Origin: the human T2T-CHM13v2.0 reference genome, Homo sapiens
Reading direction: 5' to 3' (one strand)
Length of the DNA: 64,000 bases
NCBI RefSeq assembly: GCF_009914755.1
Contig: NC_060945.1
The notes beneath the pieces were generated by a model. The model saw only the letters and a program-made list of their open reading frames with translations, was not told the DNA's origin and did no database searches. Shown here one piece after another: positions 25,661-39,972 of the stretch; positions within the stretch are counted from its first letter, which is position 1, and each line of letters begins with the position of its first letter. Both the position numbers and the translations under genes were made by a program.

Positions 25661-28426
25661 ATACCAATACCCTGTTCTTAATCAGCAACAAGGCCACTTC
25701 CATCTCTGAGTGAGGAAGGTGGACTAGATCATGTATAAATTCCAGATAAACTCTTTCAAGCTTTTGATTTTATACTAAAAATCATCTCCTAAACTCCACT
25801 AGCAGAAAAATAGCATATCATCTCCAGGAACACAGTCCTCAACAGCTGCTTTTCCAACCTCATCTTTCAAAGCAACCTGTTCATACATTTCTCATATTCT
25901 AAGTGAACAATTTCCAAGGCCTTTCCACCTCTCTGACTCCATATTCACTGCTGTTTTTTATTCTCACTATTGTCTCCCTTCTTGCACTTTTACCTATCAA
26001 AATTCAAACTAGCTATAATTTCCAAACTAAATGCCACTTTCTCCATAAAGCTTTCTCATCAGATGATGTCTGCTCTACGAATAATTTTTAATTACCAGCC
26101 ACACATGTCCTGTGAGATGTTATAGCCTTTTGCCCTGTGGACCACACATACAGTGTGGACACTGTAAAAGGAAAAAAATTGTCTAATAACTCTGTCTAAT
26201 TATCAATATTGTCTAATGACTCTGTTCACCTACTATGGAAGTGGCTGATTCTTCTCTTATCGCTCATCTTTACCTCTACATTAACCCAAGTCAAGTGCAG
26301 CCAATAAGGTCACAATGAACTGCTTATTTGTAATTATTTTCCAAAGGATTAAAAAAGTGCAACATATCATTTACAGATCCTATGTAATCAGGAATCTTTA
26401 CATAAATAAAAGTCAAGCAATTTCAGAAAAATGCTGCTAGGAAACAATTCTGTCCAAAAATTCAGAAACAACAATACAACCAAGGGTATGCATGTGTAAT
26501 CCTTTTGGTAGCACATTACAGACATACTTCTAATACTTCTAGTACTTTATATTCTGAAGTTGTATTTTCATTATGGTTTCTCAGCAGGAATTTCACAACC
26601 AGTGCTCAAAGCTAATCTCAACATCGCTGATCTAGTTTCAAAAAAAAATAGTAATAGCAACAGCAAAAATAAGGTTGAAGAATAGAGCTTTTGTATGATA
26701 CAAACTTCAATTAGATGACACATCAATCTTTTCACATGCCATAAAACATACACATGTATCTGGAAACCTCAGTTGCAGTGCACAAGAATTAAATGAATAT
26801 TAGGGAGATAAAGGGAGATTATTACAGATGTACAAGTAGAGAAGGAAGAAAGTTGGGGAGAAGGATCAATGAGTTGATGTTCAATGCTAAGAAAGCATAG
26901 ATCCCAGGTCCTAGAATCAGGGTTCTCTGCTCTCAGCATTCTTGACCAACCTTCAATGGCCTCAGTCAGATTTGAAGACTTCAAAATAACACATAGGTTT
27001 TCCTTTCCTTTAGAAAGGGAAAGAAAAATGAAGAACTGCATTTTCTTTACAGTGAGACCACAACTCTTCCACCTCTGTGCAAAATCTATAGGGTCCCAAG
27101 GCAAAAATAAGAAAATATAGCCAACTGCAGATATTAAATAAGTACATGCAAAAAACTTTGTAATTCAAATTTATTGGCTAGTTTGTAACGTGAGTTTTCA
27201 TACTGAAGAGCTATAACATTTTTATTACAAAATAAAGCTTTTGAAAATGTTAACATTTATATTTTCAACAAACTCATGAATCAGATTTGTCTTATGTCAT
27301 CTTATTAAGCATCTAATAGCTAATATCTTAAGCGTTTAGTGCTTGATAAACAAATTTTGTTGAGTTTTTCTTTAAAAATGGACATATTAAATTGACTTTT
27401 TAAAAAGCTTAATTCATAGCACATTGTTTTGAGTCATAACATCATCATTTGTTAAATTTTAGTTTTTATGAACATTATTTCTAAAATCTAAATCTCAGGT
27501 GTGTATTTTCCTTAATACACAAAACCACTATTAACTGTAAACAGAAAGAATTTGATATTAAGTCTAGGGGAAATCTACCTCTTTAGTCCTATAGATCACA
27601 CCAAGGATGAATAAGACTCATAACAGACATAACAAAAATCTCTGGTAGGCCTAAGACATAGGTTGGGAAAGGGGAAATTATACAGAAAAAGACATAAACA
27701 AAAAGGATAAAAGTACTTAGGAAATAAAGTACATATAATAAAAGTGGTGGTAAGCAGTGGTGTGAAGACAGGGTACTTCAGGGGACATGTAAGTTTCATG
27801 TACAATAAGGCATAGTCATGGGATCAACTTCTCATAGAAAATACTGTCATCAGAGATACACTTTAAAATGCAAAACACCACAGTATAACTTCCAAACACA
27901 TTAACCTGGAGAGGAAAACACAGACAAAAGCATTCTGAGGTGAGAATACATCTTTCAAACGAATGCAATAAGCCAAGAACCACCTCCAATCTAATGCTTA
28001 GATGATTGGGAGCCAGGACCAGCTCAAGGCCCTGGTCAACTGTACATGCTTTTGCAGTTGTCTCAAGAATCTTCCAGTGATAAGCCAGACCACTAATAAC
28101 TGATTCCAAGGTTATGGTGTAGAGAACTGAAAAGGTTCCTTAATTGAAAAGGTTCCTTACCCTTCACACTGCTAACACTTTGTTTCCTTACTCACAATTA
28201 ACCTTATGATCTTAAATTATAGACCCCACGTAATAAAGCTGACTTAATAAGAAACATCCTGCCTTATTCTGCAAAACAATAAAGAAGTCACTCTGATTCA
28301 TTCAAATTATGGTAAATTTAATTTTTTGTGAATTTCATGTAAAAGCTCTATTAAAAAATCTAAAATAAATACACTTGCTCAGATACAAAGAATAAAACAA
28401 ATTGCAAGAACGTTAAGTCCTAATCT

Positions 28427-28608
28427 GGTGGTTCTCAACATTTGTAACAATTTAGAATCACCCAGGAAACATAAAAAAAGAGAAGATTCCTAGGCTTCCA
28501 TCCTCAGAACAATTATATTACACTTTCTGGGAGGTTAGACTCGGGCATCAGTATTCTTTAAAAGCTCCTCAAGTCATGATAATATGCAGCCAAGGTAGAG
28601 AACTACAG
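28427..28608. mobile_element. MER5A
   Basis: 'gtggttctcaac...ttagaatcaccca...gcagccaaggtagagaactacag' with terminal inverted repeats. Confidence 0.8.
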
Positions 28609-29689
28609 GCCTCATCTATTTGCTTATGAGATGGTAGCGGAGTGATAGAAGGAAATTCTCCTATGAGATGAGAATTCAAACTCAAATTACACAGGATGAG
28701 ATGTGTTGTTTGGGGCAAATGAATCAAGCTCTCTGTGCTTCAGATTCTGTATCCTTAAAATGGAGGACAAATATCTTCTCTTAAAGACCAGATACTTCTC
28801 TGGGTTGTTTAAGGATCAATTATCATAGAACAGCTGGCAAGTGTTGAGATTGCAACAAGCTGGAATTCCCTCTCACTCCTGAATGCTTCCTTTCTCCCTC
28901 TGCCATTGATCTGATATAAGCCTTTACCAACTAAGCGATTTATTCCCTTCATTTCACAAAATATTGCTTTCTCACGAAAAGAAAGTGGTGATTATTAATT
29001 TCTAGGGATACTAAAAATTAAGTATTTTTAAATTTATTCATTCCATAGTCAAGTTTTAATATATTTATTAAAAATAATCTAAAAATATGCATTATCTACC
29101 ATATCTCAGTAGAACACTTACTCTTAAAATAGTAATCCTCATGCAAAAATGGTCTAGAAGGAGATAGACATTTAAAAATACAATGAATCACACAGGTACA
29201 ATAATAGAAAAAAAACATATGATAAAATGGATGAAAAGAGAAGAAAGTGTCAGGAAATGCTTTGAGCAGAAAAAAAACTCCAGTGCGATTACAGATCTTT
29301 CTTACTAAATCTGCTTGCTAACCAAGCTTATTCTTTCATATAAAGGACCATTTAAGAAATCAGTACATTGTAATTTCTAATCTTCTAAATGACTGTTTGC
29401 CAAATTCACATCAATTTGACAAAAAAATCAATGAGAGTGTCAAATATTGTAAAGAACATCTAAAATTATCAGAAAGACAGCATAATAAAGAAAACTATTT
29501 AAACTAGTTAAGGGTGAACACTGCGGACATTTATACATGAGCTATCTTTGCTGGACATAAACGGCATCTGAGAATAATCTAAACCGCGGTCACTATGTCT
29601 TTTGTATACGTCTTACCACAGAGCTCTGCCATTGGCACAGCCACCATCTTACACTATTTCTTTCAGTCAGGGTTGGATTTAGGAGATGA

Positions 29690-30050
<361 letters not shown>

Positions 30051-30519
30051 AGGAACTGTTAATAGCACACCATGTGCCATGTAGACTACAATTTCACTAT
30101 CAGTTCCCATTACTGAGTGCAGATGCTACATGCCCATGGGACCATTTCTGGTGAACTTTTTGATCATTGAATGGAGGGATCCAGTTTGTTCTTCTCATAG
30201 AGCCAAGAAGGTCTTTCCAGTGCTGCAACATCCTCATTTGTTAGGAGACATGAGGGTGAAGAGGTCGTTGGGCAAGGGCTTGATGCTGACCGCTAATATT
30301 TGCCATGTTAGCTCCCTCCTCTCCTTCATGAGCTATGTGAATTTTAAGCGATCAACCAGTATCTGTGGCCCTGAAAAGATCAGATGTGATCATTATTCTA
30401 CTCAACTACCAAAGTTAATTTTGTATCAATCAAAATAAGCAAAACCAATTGAGCTTTTTAGAAGATTTCAAAAATTACATATCTGGTACTCATTCATTTA
30501 TGTCGTTCATGTTTCTAGT

Positions 30520-31000
30520 TATTTATTCATTCATGACCTAGCCATTAAATAAATAATTATAAAGTCTCTATTATAAACCACATAATGTTTGAGGTACTGG
30601 AGATGAAAAGATAAATAAGACAGCATCCGTGCCTCAAGTTCTTTACAGTCTAGAACAGGATTTCTCAACTTCACCATTATTGACACTGGGGGCCAGGCAA
30701 TTCTTTGTTACAGAACTTTTCCTGTGCATTGTAGAACATTTAACATCACCCCTGGCCTCTTCCCACTAGATGCCAGTAGCACCCCCTCACCACCTTCTCC
30801 CCAGGGTTGTGACAAGGGAAATGTCTCCAGACATTGCCCAGATGTCCATGGGGGACAGAATCACTTTCAGATGAGGACTGCTGGTCTAGAAGGAAGAGAC
30901 AGACATTACAAAATACAATGAACGACAGGCACAATAATAGAAAAACACAGATGATAAAACATAGGAAAAGAGAGGGAAGTGCCAGGAAATGCTTTGAGTA
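30520..31000 (-). mobile_element. L2 3' fragment interrupted by MER20
   Basis: 'ttattcattcat...ggtactggagatgaaaagataaataagacag...gcctcaagttctttacagtctagaa' resumes after MER20. Confidence 0.7.
30656..30883. mobile_element. MER20 (hAT-Charlie)
   Basis: cag...ctg termini, 'aatgtctccagacattgcc' core, perfect 8 bp TSD gtctagaa (30648-30655 / 30884-30891). Confidence 0.92.
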
Positions 31001-32049
31001 GAAAAAGGCTCAAGAGTGTGATTATAGACCTTCTTTCTGACTAAATATGCTTGTTATTTCTACTGTGACAAGACTACCCCAGGCTGGGGTGAGAGGCATC
31101 ATGTGAGGCCATCTCTTCCCAGAATCCCAAATGGGATCTTCTCATTTGATTTCTTACCCTTCACACCCTCCCCTGGATTGAAAGGGATAACACTCAACTG
31201 TGTTTCCCTCCTGGATGAAACTACTCTAATGCAATATCTTCTCTTTCTCTGGATCACAGTAAGCCTGCAGGTCCTTGCAGATTATTGCAAGCATGATTGA
31301 GCAGAAGGAAGGTTGAAGTAATGCTCTTGAGTGTCCCTCTGCTTCAGTGTGGCAGGAGAGGGGCTTAGAAGTCCCCGTGTGCCATGCAGAGGTTTCCAAA
31401 GGCAGGGAAATTAAGAGCCAGTGAGATTGCAGTGGGGGCTTCTATAGCAAGTGGCCGAGGTTTGATGGGGTCTACAGTGCCTAAAAGAGCCAGATGACAT
31501 CAAGGCAGCAAGAAAGACCACTGTGGAGGCTCTTGCAGTGAGAAAAAAGGAGTAGAGAGGAAATCTGAATGACTGGACATAAACCTAAAGTAAATCTAAC
31601 TATACAAAAATATAGGGAAAAACCAAAATACCATTAAAAGCATGTTAGAATTCTTTATTAGAGTAGGCATCATTCAGGAAGATTCTATCAGTTACAGAAA
31701 AGGAATCATCTCCATATTCTTTGTCCATCTGTATTTTGACGTGATGACTTTCTATTTTGCTACTCAATAACTTCAATATTAGAAATACAACTTTCTGCAG
31801 GAGCACATAGCACAGTGGTTTAAACAGGTCTTGGCACTCAGGGAAGACTGGAATGAAAACATATAATTTTGAACAGAGATTGGAGCATGAACAGAAAGTA
31901 GCCTGCTGAAGGTAGAGAGGACAAAAGAGAGAGGAAGGATATTCCAATAAAGGGGACAGATGCAAGGAGCTCCAGATGTGGGGAAGAATTAGGTGAGTTT
32001 GAGAACTGGCATATACACATGCAGTGTTTCTAAGGTAAAGAGAAACGTA

Positions 32050-32720
32050 ATAGCCAATATTTATTCAGGATGTATTATATTCCAGGCACTATGCTACATG
32101 CTTTACAAAACTAATCTTGATTAAGGTTCATAACAATTAAGTAGGTAGTTGTAGCCCCTCTTCCTCATTTAGTTATTGTTACCTTCATCATCATATTTTG
32201 TATTTTGGGAAATGGATAGACACAAGGAATGAAAGAACAGATTCACAAGAACCATTTAAGAAGCTATTGCTGCAGAGTAGGAAGAACTGAAGTTCCAGAC
32301 TATGCCATCAGTGATTGGAATAAAAAAGAATGAATGGATTCATGAGTCATTTCAAAGGTAGAACTGAAAGAGGTTGGATGCAACCAACTTATTTTTAAAG
32401 TTCAAGAGAATTGTTGAATACGAGGCCAAAGCTTTAACTATGGAAAACAAGTAGCAAAGTCCTGCCCCGAGATGGGTCAACAGAAGGTGGAAAGTGGGGT
32501 TTGGGAGGCATGCAAAGATATAGAAAAGATAAGCTGTAAAATGGGGAGCCAAGATTTGCACTGCTCAGTTTGAGGTAGAACAGGTAGCTGGAAAAGGAGA
32601 ATGGGAGCTTTGCAGGGAGAGATGGCCAAGGACGTAAGTTTAGATGACTTTTACTTTGAGGTAAAAGTTGGAGTCCTAGGAGTGATTAAAATGGTAAAAA
32701 GAGAAGGAGGCAAATTAAAT
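32050..32720 (-). mobile_element. MIR fragment followed by L2 fragment
   Basis: 'tatattccaggcactatgctacatgctttaca' (MIR) and 'atttcaaaggtagaactgaaagag' (L2). Confidence 0.55.
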
Positions 32721-33479
32721 CAAGTACTGATAGTTGTGGATCAAAAAGGATCCATACCGTTCATCTGTAAGTCCAATCTATCTTGCTTTCTGCTCAAACA
32801 TTAACAATGCCAAGAGCCCTGGAATCTAAAGTACATATTGCTTTTCTGATTTTTTGCTCCAAAGAGATCAAGAAGAGCAACCACTATCTGAGAACTGCTC
32901 CTTTTCCAAGGCCTTTCCTGATAGAAACATTTCTAAGCCCTGTGCTCTCTATGGACCCTTCAGAGATCCATAGGCTCATGTCATTCTATGATCATACCCA
33001 CGGACCTGATTCTCTTAACTATTTATCAGACTAAATGTCAGATCAGGTGGGGACTTGAGATGTGGGTGTTTTAATGTTGTTGAGGTAAATAAAATAGTGA
33101 CCTCCCACTGAAGGGCACTGGGCCTTACAGCTTGGTATCGTTAAATGTGTTCAGTCTGATTTGTTGAAATGTTCCATCCCTGCTTTGTCATAAAAGAAGA
33201 AATTATATATTTAAAGGAATACAGCAAATGTTTAAAACATGTTGCCTTTTCTTCACCATCTGTCTTTTATTTATTAAATTCTGTCCACTTAAAATTATCC
33301 TCTCCCCAAACTGCAACTGTCAAAATCCCATCTTTCAACCTCTCATATCATCTCATCTCAAAACCCCATTAGAAAATTGTTCCCATTCTTCTTAAAGGGA
33401 ATGAGTTGTCAATCACTCTATGCCCTGGGCATTTATATCTGCTAAAGCCTTTGCTGTGTTCTCCTATATTTTAGGGATG

Positions 33480-33541
33480 AGTGCATGTGTTTGTGCTTTT
33501 GTGTGTGTTTGTGTGTGTGTGTGTGTGTGCATGTGTGTGTA
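33480..33541. repeat. Imperfect (TG)n microsatellite
   Basis: gtgtgtgtttgtgtgtgtgtgtgtgtgtgcatgtgtgtgt. Confidence 0.92.
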
Positions 33542-34808
33542 TACATGTGATTGGAGTTTGTGATTGGAGTTGCTGAATGAAGTTGCTGAAAGAGACATAT
33601 GGCCATGTAAGTAATAACAAGCAGAAGGGCTCTATGAAAACACAAGGCAGAAATCATTCACCATTTCATGTTGAAAATAACACTTTCAGCAGAAAAATCC
33701 TCATTTGAAAATAGCAACGGTATAATTAGCCTTCAACTTTACTTCCTTATTAGTGATGCAGTTCTCCATTCCACACAATGCAACACATTGTAATAAATGG
33801 ATGTTCATATAATGGATTGGAAGAGCATAGAATCCAAACATCTGGATTCTTCCACACATGGCGCATTAGCTGTTTCTGCAAAAGCCAATAGGAATTCCAT
33901 GTTGATGCAATTAAATGTGACTGGAATAATACATGCTTCTCACATTTTTAGTTATACATATGTATATGTTTGGCATACAATTCATTATAGTCACAGAAAT
34001 TTTAAAAAAAGAAAAGCTTTCTACAGCCATGTCTGTTAACAATTATTGTGCTACTTCCTGGAAGCAGGGAAAAAGTGAGTAGTCCTGGGCTGCTGGCCAC
34101 TTCACCACATTGCCATAGTGAGAGAATGCCTAGTCCATAAATAAATTTAGTCCAGTATTAGGACTTCAAGCCTGCTCTTTATGATGGCAAAAATATGCTT
34201 CAATTTGAAATTACCCAGAATTGAGTAAAACGAGGGATTTTATCCAACATTTCTTAATTTGCAAGAACACAAAATAGGTGAATACTTGTAATTCTTTCTC
34301 TCGTCACTCTCATTCTAAACAGGCTTGCAAATGGTGTGGCCTACACTGAGTCAGAATGAGAACACAGCTCATTAGTTTCACAGCACTGGGAGAGCCAGCC
34401 TGGAATAAAATCCAATAGCAAGGGAATCGAGGAAGAAGCTGATTTTCACGCTTTCACTTTCATTCTCTCATTTCCAATTTTGCCCTTTATATGCTAAAGA
34501 TACAGTAATCTATGCCCAAGTTGGAATGAGATTTCCTTCTTACGTTTCTGTGCACATGAGAGCCTCAGAAAGGGAGGGCATCCTCTCATTGCTCTTTTAT
34601 AACTTTTACAAAGGGAGAAGATTCACTTAACCTTCCTTTATTTGATTATCTATTATAGAAAAATATTGAGTTACATAATCTCTATATTGTCTATTACCCG
34701 AAATCTCTCACTTTCATTCCAAACTAAGTAAATACGAAGCAAAAAAGTGGTATGCCGTTACTAATTTAGGTTGCCCAAACTGTCCCACAGGGAAACAAAT
34801 AAGTATGT

Positions 34809-35226
34809 TGTCATTGATCAGATTTTCTGCATACAGACACTGAGATCTGTGCACAGGAGGTTTCTCAGCATGTCTTCTCAGGAATATTGCTTGTAAGGGA
34901 GTGAAGAAGTAAGACTTTTCCAAAGGAAAAGTTGAAATGTAGTAGAGTTCAATCAAAGGCTCCAGCCCATCCCACAGAGAGTCTGTAGAACTCTGAATCT
35001 GTGGTGACCCTCTAAAGATGTCCCAAACTGAGACAAAGGGGGCCAGGTGTTTATATCCCCAACAGACTAGACACTGGACACTTGAGGGAGTGTTCTTCCA
35101 TCAAGGGCAATTTCTACAGGGGAACACAGCTAGGATCCAACAGCAGCCAACATATTCAGGGTTGGAGAACGAGCACCTTGACTCTGAAGGCATTAATCTG
35201 GGTGACACACAATAGTATCCACTACA
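34809..35226 (-). mobile_element. LTR16A-like LTR (3' LTR of an ERVL-class provirus)
   Basis: Reverse complement starts tgtagtggatactattgtgtgtcacccagatt, like the LTR16 start; other end 'cagacactgagat'. Confidence 0.75.
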
Positions 35227-36470
35227 GTTCACTCTAATATACGATGCTTGGTTCTACTTGATTCTTGTAAATAAGCTCTCTCAATCTAGAAACATCCTCT
35301 TTGGGATCCTAGTTGGTCTCATTTTCGAATGCAATTTGTTAGAGGAATTTTGGTCCTCTCCACTAGGGCTAGTCTCAGGGCTGCAAATGATACTCAACAG
35401 TGCCCACCTTTACTCCCCATTCTATATTCCATACATTCTCAGCTTGCACCTCTTTTGGTCTAGGTTGTCTACCTGTTGGGGGGACCCAAATACTCATCTT
35501 TGAGGGGTCTGAGGTCTTAGCCACCATGCAATTCTTGGGTCACAGTTGCAAAATTTTTGTTTATTACCATCCTATCACAACAGGGAAGGGGAGTACTAAG
35601 CAACACACTAGTAGGTCAGTGGTGCCAAACATGTTCCTCCCTGCCCCAAGTGTGGTACAGCTACCTTTTCTACCCCTAATATTTGGGGTCAACTACCCTG
35701 CCACGATGTAGTCATTTCTTCCTACTCATCCTTTGATATAAGGAGCCTGACCAGACAGCAGTAATAGCTTAAAGCTCAACAGGACTTTCCTTGTCTCCCC
35801 TGGTGAAAGCATTTCCTTTTGAGAATAAGTACTTCTAGATCCACAAAACCTAAATTTTTTTAAAAAAAAGGAAGCTAAAACTCCCCCAAGTGTGCTATGG
35901 GTGTGGTCGTAAGCTGGGCCACTCCACCCTTTAGCTTCTAGACACCTACTGGGAAAATAACATCAGTTTACAGTTATTGATTTAGGGTACTTAACACCTC
36001 CTGGTGTATGCAACCTTGCAGACTATCAACACCAAGTTGGCCTATCATTTGTACCATAAAAAAGATCTGTTTCATCCTTCTTTCAGGTTGGCATCTTCTG
36101 GCTAGCAAAATATATCCATTCCAATTGTACATTTGGAGACACAGAGAAATGACCACTATCTAAATCTGGGGAATCAGTGGATCCACTGGGAGCCTGTCCT
36201 GAGCTAGCACTCCATTTATTACTTGCTCTCATATATGCCCATTCTAACAGTGGCATATGATTGTGCTTCAGTTCCTGAGTATCAAGGTCAGCTCAGACCT
36301 TATGTCCAATTATCCTCAAAATGCCTGCACATTCCTCTTTCCCCAGTATATATTACCCAAGTAATTTTCATATGCTCCTTTGGTCAAGGACCTGTGAAAT
36401 TACTACCACATAAACTTGTCATGTTGCAATGTCCTTCTTTCTGAGGACCACCATCTCTTCAGTGAGAGAC
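35227..36470 (-). mobile_element. ERV3-16A3/ERVL-type internal sequence (degenerate 3' pol region)
   Basis: Directly abuts LTR16; reverse complement 'ggggcagggaggaacatgtttgg...tgcttagtactcccc' resembles ERVL-class internal sequence; no intact ORF. Confidence 0.65.
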
Positions 36471-36951
36471 AACACAAATACATTGACATATATTATTTGA
36501 CTTATGTCTTCCAAAGGGAGTATTTCTAGAGAGGATAAAGATCACCCCTATATACGTTGTCTAATTTTAATGTATAATAATTTCCATGCCTTCCACAAAT
36601 AAAATAGAATACAGGGAAATACTTCTTAAATGACAGATGGCAATAATAAAATAAATCAAGTGTATCATTTGTACTGAGAATAAGAGTAAAATTATATATC
36701 TATACACTATAATTAGCTCTACCTATATATCTACGTACTTATGTAAAGCATTTCCTGACAGTAAGATGTGCAACTGGTGTTTTAGTGAACATGAGAGAAA
36801 AATATTTTTCTAACCTGGTGCAAGGGTAACATCAGTATAACGACTTTCACTTTGTGGCATCCAAAACTCTCTCGTCTTAAGCAGTTGCCACGTGTCCATA
36901 TGGCAAGGGCACTACTACACATACTTTTCACACGATGTTTCTGGAGAGTCC

Positions 36952-37502
36952 CTGGGAGACAATAGTCCATGGGTCTCTCAAATTTCTATATGTTCAACCT
37001 TTCATTCCACATTATTTCTTTTCAAAAATATTTATGTGATGAGAAGCCTTAAAAGAGAGAGATAATGTCTTGCTCTGGAACAAAGAATTTATGGCCTCCT
37101 ACTACATGGAGATGATGACTCCCTCCAAATTAAAAAGCATGCTTGCTTACTCTCCAGAGTAGTAAAGATAACGTCTCCTGCCAGAGAAAAGGGCAGGCAT
37201 CTTATTTCTCATTATAAAAGATGTGAGTTCCCTAAGTTCAGAATTCCTTGACTGTAATACAACCCACTAAGCATACAAGTATCACCTGAAAATGTTTGCA
37301 TCTTCCTGTGGGAATTGAGACTGAGGAACCAGCACAAAAATGTTAATACTCTGGCTACTGCTATTGCTGCAAATAATAAACTGCCTTTGTTTCTGACCCC
37401 AAAGTCTTGCATCTTCTGTCAGCATCCAGGTATCCACGGCAGGCTGATTTTTACATTTGCAAACAGGGTAAAAAAATCTCACATCCTTCACAGTTCTAGA
37501 CA
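36952..37502 (+). mobile_element. LTR40-family (ERVL) solo LTR
   Basis: 'tgggagacaatagtccatgggtctctc'...'tataaaa'...'aataaa'...'ccttcacagttctagaca'. Confidence 0.8.
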
Positions 37503-37954
37503 CTTATGTATGTTGTTATGCAAAGATATACTTTAAACAGCAGCAGGAGTGTTATAAACACCATTCTAGGAAATACTATGCAAATAAAGTTATAATCATC
37601 CATATTCATGTGTTCTAGCCAGAAAAGAGAAGTAGTAAGTCATGAAGACATTATCTTTCCCAAATTACATAACTATTTTGTGATGGAACCAGGAGCTAAA
37701 ATGCTGCTTGGGTAACTTCACTATAATAGGCTCTATTGGTAGAGTACTTCTTATCTCTATATTTTAGAGGAAAATCTTACGGTGTTTTGTATGAGGAACT
37801 CAGAGTGAGGACTTTTATATACATTTTGTTTCCCAGTTTCTAGACCTAAAAAGAGAATCAGCATTGTTTTATTCCTATAGGAATAGCAATTCTGTATTCT
37901 ACATTTACACTACAATTTATTATCAAACTTCTCTGACATATGGATCTAACTTAT

Positions 37955-38473
37955 TGTCTTAGCCTGTGTTCCTCAAAGAAGACTCTGAGATAAAGGTTTG
38001 CATACCAGGAGTTTATATACAAGTGGGATTCCAGAGAGCTAAAGGGAAGTCCAGGAACAGTGAATCCATGAAAGAGGAAAAGCCAGTACAAGGCTGCATT
38101 ATCAAAATGGCCAACTGCTACAACAGATTGTGCCCAAACCCGCAGGACCATCTGATGAGTCTTACAAAATACATCTTAGAACTAGGAGAAAGCATTGATC
38201 AATGGACTTTCACCCACCCTATTCCATCAGCTCTCACCCACTATTGCATCAGCTCTCACCCCCTATTGCATCAGCTCTCACCCCCTATTGCATCAGCTGT
38301 CACCCCCTACTGCATCAGATCTCCTGCATTTCCAGGTTACACATGCGTGAGAACCAAGTGGGTTCCCACAGCAACTGCTGAGAATCCCCATGGCAGGAAG
38401 CAAAAGAGAGATGTCAGGTCTTATCTCTACATAGCTGGTGAAAGCCCAGTATACCCAGGCAGGATCTGCAATA
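37955..38473 (-). mobile_element. LTR33-like (ERVL) LTR
   Basis: 'tgtcttagcctgtgttcctc...gactctgagataaaggtttgcat...ggagtttat' is typical of the LTR33 antisense end. Confidence 0.6.
38213..38322. repeat. 22 bp x5 minisatellite
   Basis: Unit caccccctattgcatcagctct, 5 near-identical adjacent copies. Confidence 0.95.
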
Positions 38474-38679
38474 ATAGATGGGGCTGCCAGAATTAAGAAT
38501 GAGATCCAAGAGTTAACTAAAACTAGCCTCCTTGGCACACATTTTCTGGTGGTAAAGACAGTAGCTTCTCTATTACTGATTAAAAACCAGACACTTTTAG
38601 TCTTCAACCAGACTTCTCACCCACTGAAGAAATTCTATTATTCTGATTTTTCACAGTATCCATTTCTTAAATCAGAGAG

Positions 38680-38910
38680 GCTATATAACATGAGAGTAGA
38701 AAAGACAGACTCTGGAGGTAGACTTCTGTAGAGAGAAGCTCTGATGTAATTTGAGCAAGTTACATAACCTCTTGATGCTTCTGTCTGCTCATCCATAACA
38801 AGAAAAATAATAATCATATATGTGACAAAAATTGTTTATAAGGATTAACTATATTAATACTTACAAAGTGTTTAGAAAAGTGTCCAGCACACAGAGTCCA
38901 TGAATATTCA
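38680..38910 (+). mobile_element. MIR
   Basis: 'ttgagcaagttacataacctct...ctcatccataa...caaagtgtttagaaaagtgtccagcacac'. Confidence 0.8.
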
Positions 38911-39234
38911 GTACTACATTATTTGAACTTCAACATCGATATTTCTCAGCCTAAAGTTAATGAATGACACTTTCAGTAAAATGTATTATTTATTTGCTTG
39001 TAATGGGATCTAAAATGGTGGATGGAGTCTATTGAATTTGAGCACTATATGTTTCCAATTGGTTCATAACTTTATAAAAATGGAATGAAAAGAGCATTCT
39101 CAAATATAAACTTACTGAGGGTGCAAGTCTGCCTTATTCATCTCTAAATTCCCTAGACCCAGTGAGGTCCCATTTTCTCCATGCTTACCTCTACAGCCTC
39201 ATCCTTTGCAACACATATTTCCAGGTTTCAAGGT

Positions 39235-39570
39235 TCATATGGTTTGGCTGTGTCCCCATCCAAATCTCATCTTGAATTTAGCACCCACAATTCTGTGTCA
39301 TGGGAGGGACCCAGTGGGAAGTAACTGAATCATAGGGGCAGGTTTTTCCTGTGCTGTCCTCATGATAGTGAATAAGAGTAAGCTTTCCTGCACAAGTTCT
39401 CTCTTGCCTGCCACCATGTAAGATGTCCCTTTGCTCTTCCTTCATTTTCCGCCAAGATTGTGAGGCCTCCCCAGCCATGTGGAACTGTGAAGTCCATTAA
39501 ACATTTTTACTTTACAAATTACCCAGTCTCAGGTATGTCTTTATCAGCAGTATGAGAGCAAACTAATAGA
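39235..39570 (+). mobile_element. THE1B/C-like solo LTR inserted in L2
   Basis: atatggtttggctgtgtcccc...aactaataga; TSD aaggt/aagat. Confidence 0.9.
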
Positions 39571-39574
39571 AAGA

Positions 39575-39972
39575 TGTTCCTGGCTCATGTTGGCTTTGCA
39601 GCTCCTTGATCACACCATGATCTCTCCTGCTTCATGACTCTCACAAGTTATTCCTTTTGTCTTCAGCAATACTACTTCCGTTATTTGACTAATAATTGTC
39701 AGTCTTCAGGGCTCAGATTCTCCTTCTAATGGTAAGCCTTCCTGGATTCCCCAAGTCCGAGCAATGTTTCCTTCCTATGTGCACCCAAGGTGCCCATTAT
39801 TTCCTTGTCATAGTACTTACTCTCCAGTACTGTTATTATCTGTCCTCATCTGTTTTTCTCACTAGATTTAATTGTGCAATGATTGTGTCATTTTCATCAT
39901 TTAGCACTGTGACTGGCACAAAGTGAACCCTTAATAAATATTAGTGGAATCATCAAATGAAAGAATGAATGA
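39575..39972 (+). mobile_element. L2 3' fragment
   Basis: Ends 'tagcactgtgactggcacaaagt...taataaatattagtggaat...gaatgaatgaa'. Confidence 0.7.

Noticed and set aside
31065-31545. GC-richer segment that looks LTR-like
   Set aside because: I could not match it to a family with confidence; a Dfam search is needed, so it is left unannotated.
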